64,000 bases of DNA from Cyanidioschyzon merolae (Eukaryota): NCBI GenBank assembly GCA_000091205.1, contig AP006501.2. The stretch is one strand, 5' to 3'. Both the position numbers and the translations under genes were made by a program. Below, piece by piece: positions 10,092-23,065 of this stretch (the stretch's first letter is position 1; each line of letters opens with the position of its first letter). The notes beneath the pieces are model-generated. The model was not told where the DNA came from, made no database searches, and was given only the letters and a program-made list of their open reading frames with translations.

Positions 10092-11334
10092 GTTTGGCTC
10101 CGTGCTCGCCCAGTGCCGCGAAGCGCATGCCCAAGTGCTCTCCGCCAGCTGGACGGATCTGAAACGAATTGCATTCGCTCGGTGCGCTCGTGCCCCGCCG
10201 CTCCTCCGTCCGAAGTGCTGCTGTATATGTTTCCATGAGCGACTTCAAAAGCGCGCACCGGTTACCCATAGCTCACTTCAAACGAGACGACAAGACGAGG
10301 CGCGAGCGCTGGGTCTGAGGTAGAGGTTTCTAGCATTCAGGAATGTCCTAAAATCGTGTTTTGAGGGTCAGTCTCCACCAGATATCCATCCTTTTACAAA
10401 ACAGACAACATCTGCTGCGCGCTTTGCCTGGCACGTGAATCTCGAGTCCGCGCTATCGGACGCGTCTCTGTCGACACGTGGATACTGCGTGCGCGAGAAG
10501 AGGCGCAGGCCTTGCACCGCCGATGCGTTTCCGTCGCGCAACGCGCCTAGCGCCCATCGCAGCATCCACAGCGTGGAACGATCACACCGGCAAATACATC
10601 GCATTCACGCAATGTGACGTCACAAAACGCATACGCACGGATACGTACACACACGCACACGCGCGAAAACAGAACAACATGTGCATGCGTGCAAGCGTCG
10701 ATCTGAGGGTGTGCCCGACTGCTGCCGCAGAGGCGCTCCAGCGCGTGTCCATGCGAGCATCGTCGGGCATCGTGAATCAGAACTGCGCCCTCATGGAAAC
10801 GGGCTACGTAGAGTTTTTCCATGTAGGCTCGGATCTCCGTGCGTCTGTTACAGAGTCGTCGAGCGCATCTGTCAAAACAGGTGACGTTTGAGGGCAAACG
10901 CACCGCACCGGGTTCACGGGAGATCGCTCGGGGCATGCGGATCGTTCAAGCGAGCAGCCGCTGCCAGCCTTGAGCGCCATCATAACGCGATCACACCAGT
11001 AGGTGCGTCGCGTTCCCGCGGAACCTGTGCGCTGCAGGTCAGCACACAGACACACGGTCCATACGCGGTGCACTGATGATGCTCGGTGCTACGCAGCGGG
11101 GATACCTCGCGTCAAGAGAACCGGCTGGCGAGCAACATCCTGGCGTCTGGCGTGAAACGTGCCTTGTCCAGCGCACAGAAAGTATCCCGGTGGAATGGAG
11201 AGATGCTCATCAGTCAATCTTCGAATGCGGTGGCAGTCACGGTACCGAACGCACTTTGTGCGCCAGCGTGCGCCCCGGGGATGAAGCGGCACCCGCCTAG
11301 TGCGACGCTTCGGCACCGGGTCACGTAGTCGCAT

Positions 11335-12312
11335 TCACTGCTGCTGCAACTGTTGCACAACGACCGAGTTCAAAAGATTCGCCTCTGCGAGTGTCTGTGA
11401 TTCTTCCTCTAGCGTTCGTCGTGGTAAAACCGTTTGGAATACGAAAGGTGTACCGGCATAGTCCGCGCGATGAGAACAAACGAGACTTCTGAGGTCGCGC
11501 ACGCGGTGCGTGGTATTCAAACGCATGACCAGACGGGATCCATCAGCTAGACGAACCTGGACTTGCGTCGTGGGTGCGTCAGGGTCCAGGTCATCGGGCT
11601 CGACCACATCGCTGGTGCACGTGTTCGCCGTTCGCTGCGACGTCGCAGCGGGTTCCTTGGGAGGCTCCTCAGCTGCCTCACCAAGGCGATATCCTCCACC
11701 CTCAAACGGCCGCCGACGGCTCGCAGCTGCCTTATCCGAGGGTGCAGTGTAGTCTTCGAAAGAGCGGTCGACAAGATTGACACTAAGCTCGCTTAGGTCG
11801 GGCTCTTCGAGTTCGCGTGGTACAACCCCTGCGTGGATATCAGCAAGAAACGCTGCTTGCGCGGGGTCGTCCAACCTTCGAAGCTCTCCGTCATCCACAA
11901 TAAAACCGTTTCGATAGAACGTAATTGTCTTTGTAACGATGCGCGTCCGAGCGGGTGTCGGAGCGCCTGCCGGCTCGTACGCATCGCTCCCCGGTGACTC
12001 CGTGTCGCCGAGTCTGTATCCCGTGCCGTGGAACGCTCCACTTGGACGAGCTGCACTCCCAGCGTCCGCAACCTGCGGTTGCCCGAGCTGCTGACGGGCC
12101 CGATCCAGAATAGCGGAAACTAGACGGTGTCGTGAACTACCAGACTGACGCGCAGCCGAGTTACGCCGCGGGTCTTGTGCTGGGTTACCTCGGATCGTCT
12201 GACCACTGGATTCGCCTCCGGCATAGTACTCGTTGTCGGAGCCGTCCTCTTCAACGTCTTCGTCTTTCTGTAGGTCAGCTAAGGTTTTAAACGGCATGTT
12301 CTCAAATAACAC
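11335..12312 (-). CDS. p47/Shp1-like cofactor of Cdc48/p97 (SEP + UBX domains)
   Basis: SEP-like segment TITFYRNGFIVDDGELRRLDDPAQAAFLADIHAGVVPRELE. UBX-like C-terminus QVQVRLADGSRLVMRLNTTHRVRDLRSLV...PFVFQTVLPRR. Confidence 0.7.
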   Translation of the reverse strand: MLFENMPFKTLADLQKDEDVEEDGSDNEYYAGGESSGQTIRGNPAQDPRRNSAARQSGSSRHRLVSAILDRARQQLGQPQVADAGSAARPSGAFHGTGYRLGDTESPGSDAYEPAGAPTPARTRIVTKTITFYRNGFIVDDGELRRLDDPAQAAFLADIHAGVVPRELEEPDLSELSVNLVDRSFEDYTAPSDKAAASRRRPFEGGGYRLGEAAEEPPKEPAATSQRTANTCTSDVVEPDDLDPDAPTTQVQVRLADGSRLVMRLNTTHRVRDLRSLVCSHRADYAGTPFVFQTVLPRRTLEEESQTLAEANLLNSVVVQQLQQQ

Positions 12313-15300
12313 TGCTAACTGTCTCGACGCTCCTGGCAGAACTGCTCGCCAACTGCGCCTGCGTTACCAGACAGTAAAAAGCGTATCTTCGACAAATGTC
12401 CGGCTAGCGCTGCTGTGTGATGCTATTCAGCGCTGCTGGCGACGCGGTCCAGCCGTTCAGCGAAGCGGCGCGCTCATTCGCAGCAAGTTCAGTCATGCTG
12501 CAGCCGGTATGCGAAGCGAGTGCTCCCAGACAGACTCGACCTGAGCAGGGTCACTGGATCGACCAAACCGCTGCTTCCGTAGGGAGGGCTGGTCCATGAT
12601 CAGGGGAGCATCGCAACCTCCACAAAGGCGCGGTAGTCGCTTTCATAACTGCCGACATGCATCAAGCAGCCGAGAAATTCTGGTTGAACGTATCCGTCTT
12701 ACACGGTAGAGGTGAACGGTATGCCGCCATTCGCGAACCCATGGAGTAGTGTCGATTACCTCTACTTCAGCCAGCGCTGTATGGGCTCCGGGACGCAGCT
12801 TCAGTTGGTTCTGATCGCTCGTCTAAATGTTAGCCCTAGTCCGTGGAAAAGCTCAGAAACCTCTACAGTACCTGAGAACATGCTCGGATTCCGAAATAGA
12901 CTATTCTCTAGGGGTTTCCGGTAATCAAGTCTATCAGCGCACCAAACGCGTGTTTGGGATAGAGGCTGTCGCTGCCGTGGAAACGTGCGCGCATACGCAA
13001 CAAAGTGTTTTGTACGCGCTGCACGGAGTGTCTAGTCCGCGTGACCGCCAGTGCCCTACTCAACCACCTGGATACAGGGGTTGTGGTTCATTCACGGACT
13101 GGGATGCACCGGTGGCAGCGACAGCGTCCCAGCTGCTGCACGGTGCGATGCATCACACCTCGCCGCCTAAGTAGATATATTGAGCCTTACAGGATGCACA
13201 CACTAGAGAAAACTACCTCATCTAATCTTCAATGGCCCCCATGGGTTTGTGCTGCGTCCTAGTTCCGGGTATCCGAAACTCCAGTCAGCATGGCAAGTGT
13301 GCTGCGCGTGGTGCGTTCTCGCACTCCACCGACACCCCAGCGCAAGTCGATGCCTTCAACCGAAGACAGGGACGGGTCTCGTCGCTGTTTTCATTTGGGA
13401 CCTGCTGTGCCATGCCCTTATCGGGTCAAAAAGAATCTTCAGCCCTAGGTGGCATCACCAAATTTGCTGATATTTCGAAGAAGCCCTGCAGGTATCTCTG
13501 AAATTGTCCACAGCGCGCCAAGTGTCGCAGAAGCACCCGAGGCGCAAGACGCTGGTCGTTGGCCTGCGCGCGGGTCTAGCGGCTTCAGAACGGGGATCAT
13601 CATCTTTGGCAAGCATTTTCGAAAACTGTCCCCGGATGCGATGCTGTATGCGAATAGAGCGCTGAACCCATCGCGCTGGTCTGTTGAACGAGCCCGCTGA
13701 CCTGCAACCGATCGTTCACGTGGCCTGTGCATTGGAGAGCAGGTCAACGACAAGTTCCATTAACGAGGACGACTCCCACGTGGGAAGCGCATTAACGACT
13801 GAAGACGACTGCTCCCAGTGAGATGCAACTTTGGGCGGCTCCGCTGGCTGCCAGGTCTCGGTCCGCATCCAAGGAGTACAAGTTTACCACGTATCCGGCC
13901 GGAAAAGAGTACATCATAGACACGAAGGAATGCGGCTGGGATAAAAGGTTCTGCTGCAGCATGACGCATGCCCTACCCTATGCCCGAGTTCTTGTTCGGA
14001 GCTCCGTATTCGGATACGCGGTGTGCATCCGCCGACGCGCTCAGGAGCGCACAGTTCGCCCCAGACCCCATCCTCTAAACAAGCCTCCGTACGGGAAGCA
14101 GCTCTATCTTGTTGGAACGGGCAGTACGCAGTGGCATCTCGTAGGCCGCTGATCTCGCTTTCCAGGTCACTGGTGGCACTCGCTCATTCGTAGAATCATG
14201 ATACAAACCTTCGTTCCTCCAGCATCACCATAACCATTATCATTACCATCCGCGCTGGACCTGGGAGGCGCTTCGCAGCTCGGAAAATGCCTCCCGAGCC
14301 CGCGCACTGCATCCAGTAGGGGTGGCGTGCTCGCGAATCACGAGGTCGCTGCGATGCGCGGTGCAATGATCATGCTATTGAAAAAGAACAGAGACTAGCC
14401 ATTAAATAGCACCGAGATGACGGTTTCTTTTCCCCTCTAGGGTAAACGTTAAAAAGGGCAAGAGGCTTCTATATTGTCGAAAGCTTACCTTATGCGTGGA
14501 ATTTTCCCAAAGCTTGACGAGTCTGCTAGGCAAGTGCATTTGCTCCAACCAGTGGCAGGTGCTTTCCTAACACCTGAGCAGCTCACCCGCAATACAGTTT
14601 ATTCTGGGACTAGACGCAGTAAAGCTGCATATGGGCGTCGCCCGGATCGCAGTAGACCCCTAGCATATCGCTTCGCGCTGCCGCAGGCAACAGGCTTGTC
14701 TGCGCAGCTTGCTGGCTCCCAGAATGATTACGCACTCCGACCCCGTATCAGATGCACCACACCTCGAGCCGTCCCCATCAGCAGTATGGCGAAGCGGTTC
14801 CGTCTCCGTGCCGCAACCGCACCAGCGGTATAAGCGCTACGACGAGTGCTCTCGAAAGGCACTCGGCGCAAGATAGAACGTATCCAACGACCAGTACACC
14901 CGAGAGGAACTGTGATTGGTGGAACTCGCATGCAGGCTGCATCATGATGGACACTTTCCTGAAAGCCATTATCCATTCCGAATTGTGGGATCCTTGCTCA
15001 TTGTAAACAATCTGTCGAACAAAAACACATGCAATGAACGTACGCGAGAGCGACGCTGGCGAGGAGCGCAACGCTGCGCTGCGTTTCCTCCAGCTCGAGT
15101 CTAGCCTGCGTCCAGTATTCGTGCTTGTCGAGCGGATGCGAGTCGCGACGCATATAGCGGCTTTCCAAGCGAGTCCTCTGCGAAGCTTGCGTTCGCTTTC
15201 CGTGAAGGGAGGCTCTACGACCGGGTTGAGTTGTTGCTCTATTGCTTCAGCGCGGCAAGCTGAACACTTATCGTGGCGAGCGAACGTCTCCACAGGTTGC

Positions 15301-15399
15301 GCTCTGAGGAGTCAGCTTCTCGGGCGTGCAAACCCAGCGTCGTCGAGTGCAGCACCGCGTACTGCCCACGCACTCCGGCTTCTAGCCACTGTGAGCGCT

Positions 15400-15990
15400 A
15401 TGACCACGAAGACAGCGCTCGTTGCTGTTGCGAACGGGAGCGAGGAAATCGAGACGGTCACTGCGGTTGACACACTGGTGCGCGCGGGGGCTCACGTGAC
15501 CCTTGCATCCGTGGAAAAGGAGCTACAGGTGACCGCTTCACGAGGCGTCAAACTAGTCGCTGACCTCCTCATATCTGATGCGTCGTTGCGCTCAAAGCAG
15601 TTCGACGCAGTGGTGCTGCCGGGGGGCATGCCTGGCGCAGAGCACTTACGCGACTCGCAACCACTCATGGACCTGGTGAAGAGGCACTTGGAAACGGGCA
15701 AACTCATCGGGGCTATTTGCGCTGCACCTGCGGTGGCGCTGGCCAGCCACCACCTTCTCAACGATGTCAAAGCGACCTGTTATCCAGCGCCGAATTTTCG
15801 GGCGAAACTCACATCCCACGCCCACATCGATGATCCTGTCGTCCGTGACGGCCAGTTTATTACCTCTCAGGGTCCAGGGACAGCTATGGCGTTCTCTCTG
15901 GCCTTGGTGGAAGCGCTTTTTGGTCATGAGCAAGCTGAGAAAGTCGCCAAGGCGATGCTCGTAACGCTGCCAGCCGTTTCCAAACGCTGA
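15400..15990 (+). CDS. DJ-1/PfpI (ThiJ) family protein
   Basis: MTTKTALVAVANGSEEIETVTAVDTLVRAGAHV...GAICAAPAVALASHHLL, with a nucleophile-elbow Cys in IGAICAAP. The ORF is open from 15034; the upstream 122 aa is Arg/Ser/Ala-rich and may be a targeting sequence or non-coding. Confidence 0.75.
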   Translation: MTTKTALVAVANGSEEIETVTAVDTLVRAGAHVTLASVEKELQVTASRGVKLVADLLISDASLRSKQFDAVVLPGGMPGAEHLRDSQPLMDLVKRHLETGKLIGAICAAPAVALASHHLLNDVKATCYPAPNFRAKLTSHAHIDDPVVRDGQFITSQGPGTAMAFSLALVEALFGHEQAEKVAKAMLVTLPAVSKR

Positions 15991-17490
15991 GCGACGCCAC
16001 CTTTTAATGCACTGCATAGCGCCATCGCTGCGTAGAGCGCGTTGCTTTGTTAAAGAACGCTGCGGAAGCGAGACGGCAACGGCACGTTCGCGTTGCGCCC
16101 GCGCACCCAGAGACAGCGCCCAGGGAAATGTGTGCAACGTGACTCGAGTTGGTATGATCAGGTGAGAGGCATTGTATAGAGGGTGCCTTTTAAGCGCGAA
16201 CGAATCAGGATGACAATAGAATGGCGAAACGGCCACCGGGCAGGTCGGGATTCCAGGACAGAGCATTTCACTTGAGAAAGCGTGCCCACATTAAAACACG
16301 GGTTTCGAAGCGAGTAAATCTTTTCAAGAATATCGCTGAGAGAGCACGTAAACACCACGATTGCTTCCAGAGCGATATCCGAAAGATGAACCTACCATCA
16401 GCGCTGCATACCTCTACGCGAGTCGATGCGCAACACCAGCGACGGCAATGCACAGACGCGACGGGTCGGACAATCCTGATACTGCACATACCACCTGGTA
16501 CGCCTAAAACGTGTGCACAAGTATGGCGGCCACTGGCGGAAGAAATCATGATTTGCAGAATTGATGCCCCAGGGGTCGTGCTACGGGGCTTTGTCCTTCG
16601 GATGCGTTGCACAAACACCGATGGAGATAGACGCGTGCGAGCGCCGCCTTCGTATTGCACCAAATGCAGTTCACGCGCCTGCTCAGCCAACAGGCAGCAC
16701 TCGTTTCAGCTGCTGGCGATGGTGAAGAATCAGGGGTCCCAGGGGTGTCGCTCGTGCCGGCGCTCGGTGTAGCGATATGCGCCACAAGGAGGCACGCTGG
16801 TCGTCGTCTTGCACCAGCGTGCTCACCGAAAGTCGCTGCAGCAACTCGCAGCGATCGCCCAGGAAGCAAACTGACGCACTGAAGCACGCGTCGGGTCACA
16901 GCATCTTCATCGCAAACGAGTAAACAGGTGCACAAGATTGGGTAAAGGAGGTAGTGAACGCTACGCTCGGAATCAATTGTCCGTTGAGGTGATCGCTCAG
17001 CGGCGCATCCCCTGATGAACACCCTGCCTGCCAATACAGGGCGGTGTGCCGCGCTGCATCATTGCCTTTCGCTACGCAACAGAGGGCGTCTGAAGCGGGG
17101 CATCGTAACAAATCAGGTTCACTGATGGAGGCTCGAGCCGCGTATCCCGAAGCGGCTCCGAGACCGGGGTCCGCTTAGGCGGCATTATCAGGATCACGAA
17201 TGTCGTGCGCTTCACTGGAGGACCTTTCGGAATATGATCCTGCCCGCCTAGCGCGGGTGCCAGCAAGGCGGCGAGCGTTACCACGAATTGTGCGACGTCT
17301 GCAACCCGGCAGTGATTCCCGAGCCTGGGATATATCTTGGTTCACACACTGCTCGCACGCTGTTACGTAGTGCTGATTTATCATCGATATGAGCTTCTGG
17401 ACAGCCTCGTGCACTGATGAATACACGCAAGTTCGTATCAGTAGGGTGCTGTATGTGATCTGCCGCAGCGCTAAACACACGGAAGGTGCA

Positions 17491-18804
17491 CTACACCAGA
17501 GCCGATCGCAGCGCATCGTCTTCTGCAGCAACTTCGGGGTCGCGGCGCTCCGTGGCACGCTCCACAGGAATCACCTCGACCATGTGTAGTCCGATGCGCG
17601 ACAAGTTCCGCTGTACCCGATCGCGGTAACCCATATCCACACACTCCACTTGCAGGGCTCGAGCGATAAGTGCACGGATGTTCTCCGCGTAAAGACGAGG
17701 ACGTTCCATCTCAGTCGGTGATGGTTCATACAAGGGTAGATGGTGCACAGTCAACGACATCCACGGCTGGGCGAGTATGCAGGCCAGGCGCCACGGCGTC
17801 AAACCAACAAACGCCGGATCAAAATCCCAGAAGCCGTACCGCAGGGCAAGCGGGCGCACCGGGACTCCACTCAGAAAAGCGCCGGAGTGGAATCGCAAAA
17901 GTGCATCACCATTGGAGGTCGTTCCCTCGGGGAAGAGTACCAGCGGCGGATAGGCGTTGGCGTCCGCCGAAGTCAGACGCATCCGAATGAGCTCCGCTGT
18001 GCCGCCGGTTCGTGATCGCTCGCGGTCCACAAAAATGCTCTGCATCGCGGCAGCAATGGTGCCTACGAATGGAAGCCGCAGCACTTCTTTCTTTGCGACA
18101 AAAGCTGGGGCAAAGGCATAGATAAAGTACAGAATATCGAAGAAACTCACGTGGTTGCTGACGATCAGTGTACCACTTGAGAGATTCTGGCGCGAGCCCA
18201 GGTCACCAAACTCCCGAACGCGCCAGAAACCGTAAACTAGGAGTAGGAAACGCGAGAAGAAGCGCAAGACTCCAAAGACGATCCTTCGCCGCCATCGTGG
18301 CAACGGGTGCGCCGCCAAACTCGCACGCGAGACGCCGAGCGTCACCAAGAAAACCAGAATCCAAGCGAAAACGAGACAGCCGACGCTCAGCAACAATCGA
18401 ATAGGCAAAAGTACTATGAGCCCAAAGACTAGGCGAACGAGCGTACCAACACGAAAAGTACGATCACGACGAACAAACGGGTTCCGCACCAGTTTCCTAC
18501 AGCTGTCGCTATCGCCACCGCCGAAGCCGCAGCCGTCGACGCCTTTGGTAGTACCGTTGAGCGCTGCACCGGCAGCACTACGCCTTGGTAGCGTTTCATC
18601 AGACAGAGCGCCTGCGTTTTCCATAGCATCAGTTGACCTGTGGTCCGTGGCTCTGGTTTCAGCACAAATTGCTTCTGTTTGCGGTTGGATACGCGTGTAA
18701 CGTCCACGGTGAGCAGTGCGGGCGAGTTGGTGCATACCTGTCTGCGCTTGATACCTTTGCTCCAGTAGAGGTGCTGTTTCCATCAAACCAAGAACGGAAA
18801 ACAA
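17491..18804 (-). CDS. Lysophospholipid acyltransferase (LPCAT/AGPAT-type, PlsC domain)
   Basis: NPFV then TM helices. Acyltransferase motif I SNHVSFFD, motif III FPEGTTSNG, and PLALRY. The true start is uncertain (alternative MENAGALS). Confidence 0.7.
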   Translation of the reverse strand: MFSVLGLMETAPLLEQRYQAQTGMHQLARTAHRGRYTRIQPQTEAICAETRATDHRSTDAMENAGALSDETLPRRSAAGAALNGTTKGVDGCGFGGGDSDSCRKLVRNPFVRRDRTFRVGTLVRLVFGLIVLLPIRLLLSVGCLVFAWILVFLVTLGVSRASLAAHPLPRWRRRIVFGVLRFFSRFLLLVYGFWRVREFGDLGSRQNLSSGTLIVSNHVSFFDILYFIYAFAPAFVAKKEVLRLPFVGTIAAAMQSIFVDRERSRTGGTAELIRMRLTSADANAYPPLVLFPEGTTSNGDALLRFHSGAFLSGVPVRPLALRYGFWDFDPAFVGLTPWRLACILAQPWMSLTVHHLPLYEPSPTEMERPRLYAENIRALIARALQVECVDMGYRDRVQRNLSRIGLHMVEVIPVERATERRDPEVAAEDDALRSALV

Positions 18805-18887
18805 CCCCTCATTGATAACAAATTGCCCCTTAGGTACTCACAGTTTTTGAACGTGTACCAGAAACGGCGGTCAACAGCTTACCAGCG

Positions 18888-20369
18888 TTGCGTAGACAAG
18901 AAAGCGCAGCTGTAGCGAAGGAAATGCCACGTCACCGTTGGCGACACTCGCGCGAGCGCTCACCGGGAGCCGGGTCAACTGGTACGCGCTCGCGGGTGCC
19001 TATTGGGGTTCCTATCGATCGAACTGGGTCAGAAACCTGCGAGACGTTGCCGGCAGCTGTTGGGGACACCTCTGCGGTCGCTGCAGAGAGCGCCTACGAA
19101 CTGAGGATGCGCAGGTTTGACTTAACCGTTTCGCAAGAGCCGCGAGGCGCTTTGTGGGGCGTGCTCCACACACGGACAGGCTTTGTGAGCACTAGTGGTG
19201 TGTTTCTGGAAAGACGGCCCAGACAGCGTGCGTGCTACGCCACTCGCGGCTGCAGTACAAGTTTGCATCGTGCAGGAGTCAAAATGTTGGCCAAACCTCG
19301 GTCCAAAGGCAAGAAAGGGAGCAAACGGCCGGCCGTGGGGAAGCCCGCAGACGGCAACGCAGTCCAGAACGCAAACTCGAACGTAACACGAGAAACGGAC
19401 CACAAGGCAGCGAGAGCAGATAGCACAGATAGCTCGCCGAGGACGATGCCCTTCTCGGGTCCGATTGCTCCTTACTTGCTGAGAAGTGCGGGGTCACTGC
19501 AGCAACGGTCTCAGAGCGCTTCTTCGTCTGAGGATGCGCCCGGGGGTGCTGCCCCGGCAGCTCCGTCTCCAGCCACGGCGGACGCTTCCGAGAGGCCAGT
19601 CTCGGAAACGGCGACACAAGACCAAAAGCCCTCTAAGGTGGGCAAACAAACATCAAAGCGGAATTCTTCTGCGAAACTATCGCGCCCGGGGACAAAGAAG
19701 GGTACAGTTTCGAAAGAGACGACTGCATCGAACTCAGCTGCAGAGGCACGGGATCCCGCAAACGTGGAAGTTGATACCACATCCGGCGCAGGTGAAGGGG
19801 ATCCAGACGCGGCTTCTGTTTTAGAGCTTGTCGAAGCGTTTCGAAAAGACAAGCGACCAAAAGATCGAGTCCTCGGAAACGACGAATCTGCGACAGGGAA
19901 TACGAAACCGGGCAAAGCGAAAGCGGCAGCGGACCTGCAGCGCTATCTCATCAGGGATGTCGAGCAAAACCCGGAAACTGGTTACGATCGGGTCGCCGCT
20001 GTTCTCGGAAAGGGCCGTCCATCAAAGCGCTTTTTGGGAACGCTGCTGGGACCTTACCTCCAGAACTCACATCTGGTTGGCTTGGTTACCGTGTTGATCT
20101 GCACTTTTGGATATGATGCTGGTAACCCGTTGACAAATCTCAGCGAAGACGTGCGTGATAAGCTGCGGAAGGGCCTCCTAATTGTAGCGACGGTGAACCT
20201 GGTGATGGCTGTGCAGGCCTACATAGAAGCTCGTCGACGCAATCAGTCGCCGTGGTTCTGGTTCGCGAAAACTATGGCGCTCGGCGGACTAGCACTGGGC
20301 GAGTTGCTCGAGAACGTTCCCCTCTCTTCGAGTTCGCAACCCGATCCGCACGAGCGTCGGGAACAGTAA
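18888..20369 (+). CDS. Hypothetical protein with a low-complexity Ser/Ala/Lys-rich region and a C-terminal region of 2-3 TM helices
   Basis: Long ORF. C-terminal hydrophobic segments LVGLVTVLICTFGY, LLIVATVNLVMAVQAYI and TMALGGLALGELL. The start is probably MLAKPRSKGKK at 19284, since the ORF start at 18888 is only 84 bp from the divergent acyltransferase. Confidence 0.4.
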   Translation: MRRQESAAVAKEMPRHRWRHSRERSPGAGSTGTRSRVPIGVPIDRTGSETCETLPAAVGDTSAVAAESAYELRMRRFDLTVSQEPRGALWGVLHTRTGFVSTSGVFLERRPRQRACYATRGCSTSLHRAGVKMLAKPRSKGKKGSKRPAVGKPADGNAVQNANSNVTRETDHKAARADSTDSSPRTMPFSGPIAPYLLRSAGSLQQRSQSASSSEDAPGGAAPAAPSPATADASERPVSETATQDQKPSKVGKQTSKRNSSAKLSRPGTKKGTVSKETTASNSAAEARDPANVEVDTTSGAGEGDPDAASVLELVEAFRKDKRPKDRVLGNDESATGNTKPGKAKAAADLQRYLIRDVEQNPETGYDRVAAVLGKGRPSKRFLGTLLGPYLQNSHLVGLVTVLICTFGYDAGNPLTNLSEDVRDKLRKGLLIVATVNLVMAVQAYIEARRRNQSPWFWFAKTMALGGLALGELLENVPLSSSSQPDPHERREQ

Positions 20370-23065
20370 TCGATTCCGCGATCGCAGCACGGAGGAAGAG
20401 GATCTTGGGTATGCCTGCTTAGCGAGACCGCACGAGGGGTTCCCCGACTAGACTGGCGATTCCGAGCGAAGACGACCAACCGAATCGGTGCAGGTGACGC
20501 TGCTGCATCATGCTTTCCGGGAAATCGCACCGCCGAGGCCAACACGAGGCAGGGTGGCAGGACGCCGGCATCCTCCGCTGCTGATGAGCACCATACAGAG
20601 CACTGTGAAAGCATCACCTGCACGGGATGTTGGCTTCGTATTCGGGTTTTGGGCTACGACGGGCTTGACACGCTCAGAGGAATTCCCGAAAACCCTCTGC
20701 AGGGAATGTGCGTTTCTCCCGAGGGCTGCACAGCGCCGTCAAGAGCGCCAATGAACGAGTCGCGCCGCTGCTAAACGCTGGTTATTGGCGTAGGTCTGCG
20801 CACCTGTAGAGCAGTGCAGCTCCGCGTCCATGTACTGCCTGAGCGTTGCCGCTGCCGCAAACGTCAATACACGGCTCGCAATCGTGGGATGTTCGTAGTT
20901 TGCAGCATCTTTGTCTAAAAACCGGCGCTGTCGCTGTACGCCCGGACAGACATTCCCGAACAGCCATGCGACACAAGCTTACCGTACCCAAGAGATGTGT
21001 CGCTACTCGTGGAATTCCCAGAGCATGTGTCGTCAAAAACACCACGATCTGGCCAATGTCATACAGGTGCGATCGCAGCGGTGCGCATGGATCGGTGTAG
21101 AGTCCCTGGTTGGGCGTCGTACATTCATTTCGGAACAAGATGGAAGGGATCGTCGTATCCAACTCGGGCCATATACTAAAGTTGGGGTGGATTCGCCCTG
21201 GCCTTAGACACTAAGCTTTGCGGGCTTTTTCAGCGACTGCCTCCTATTGCTCTCTCTGATCCCGGGCTCTAAAAGAGCCAGCCTCTGCTGGCCCCCCAGC
21301 TCCAGTGCCAGCAGCCAAAGGAGCTTGATGACTGCTTTTGAATCTCAATTTTGTGGCATCTAGCGACGCTCGATGCATTTCGCATATAGGTAGTCGACGC
21401 GATGTACGCATCGCTTGCCATTTTCATCTGGTTTGGATACATCCTCGGTGCATTCTTTGCAGCCGTGATGCGTGACTGGGGTCGGGAGCTCTCACCACTC
21501 CACGACGCCTTCTCTTCACTGGGCTGCACTGTAGCGCGGTGACACATGCTTCATCGATCCGTGCATGGACTTGATGGGTAGAGAGGGCTCGCCTTGATGC
21601 CATCCACTGTTTCGGCACCTGGTGCGGCTCTCTTAAATCACGGGTTGGTCTGGGTGATGCTCTTGTCGACAAAGCTGGACGCTGCTCGCACAGTCACACG
21701 CGAATACACGCTACAGAGAATTCGTGAAACGAACGCTTATCATTGATGATACGGGTATCGGAAGGGAAACGCGCGCTAGAGAACAAGCCGAGCGGGCTCG
21801 ATGCGTCTCTGCTGCCTTTGTGCAACGAGGCTACGCATTCTCTAGAGGACGCGATCGCTGCAATGACTAAAGTCCGAGTACAAGACTCTTTTCCATGCAA
21901 TGAAAAGCGACTGGCGCCTTTGGGGCCATATCCCATGAATTGCACGTTGCCGCCTGCAAATGCCGCTTCGTTGATATCCTCAAAGGAGAGAGCGAATCAC
22001 CTTTCGAACGCGTTCGATTATCAGTTTACGTGACAAGTTCAGTCAGCCTGCGGCTTGAGCTTGTAATCCATTCGTCAAGCAACGAAGTCGAATATACGTT
22101 CCCCGCCAGTCCTTCCGCGCGAGCTGCTGCGCACACGCAATGCCCTGGAACGGAAAGATCCAAAAGTTGAAGAACGCGTTTTTCGAGCATGCTAACCGTA
22201 GCGAGAGGAGCATTGTAAAGAATTTTATATACGCAGTGGATGAAAATATTGTTCATGTTACGAATACATGTTAAGGCAAGTCGCGAATCATGTTTATTCC
22301 GGTCACGTAACGAACGGCAGCGGCAGAACTTCGAACCAGCCACCCCGGATTTTCGTCGAACAATCCTATATGTATGTATGCATCCGCAAGTCCTGATCAC
22401 TGTACTTCGAATGCCAAGTCTGTGCGTCTATGAGAAGATTCTGAAAATATCTCAAGGAGGGAACAGAGCATGAGCACCTCAGCGTTCCATGATCATGAGA
22501 CTCTACTGCAGATGCTCTGCTATTTTAGCGGATTTTCGCGATACCCCAGAATTTTGCTCTCTTCGAATAAGAAATATTTAGCCTAGTTCTGGGTTTCAGC
22601 GGAGCATAAGGAATGGATTCAGTCTGGAGATTAGACGATTTTTGAGCAATTCGCTGACGAAGAAACGAAACGGGCGGTACCTATCACACACCAAAAAGCA
22701 TCGCATGCTGTATACCGCGCAGTTTCATGGGCTGTTCAGGACAGAGCGCTGTTGCTGTGCAAGCCGCGTAGCCATTTGGCGCTGGCCTTTACGGATACTG
22801 CTTGTGAACACCACGCAGAATTGTAGTTCAGAACGAAAAGCGTTCATTCATGAAGCATTGCATTGACATTGCAATCCGTGCACGCTTGATGCAAGCGGCA
22901 ATGGGGTTTAATTACAGGGAAAAATCGCGATTGGTCGCGAAACTCCGTGAAAACATGCGTCATAGAGTCGGCGTGTGACGCTGACCAGTCTGTCACCAAA
23001 TCCGCACAAATCTGCAAGATATGCATGAATGAACGACGATTCATTCGTGCAAGGAAGACGTCCAA

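Noticed and set aside
15646-16266. 206-aa ORF antisense to DJ-1
   Set aside because: It overlaps the well-supported DJ-1 CDS on the opposite strand and is a GC-rich antisense artefact.
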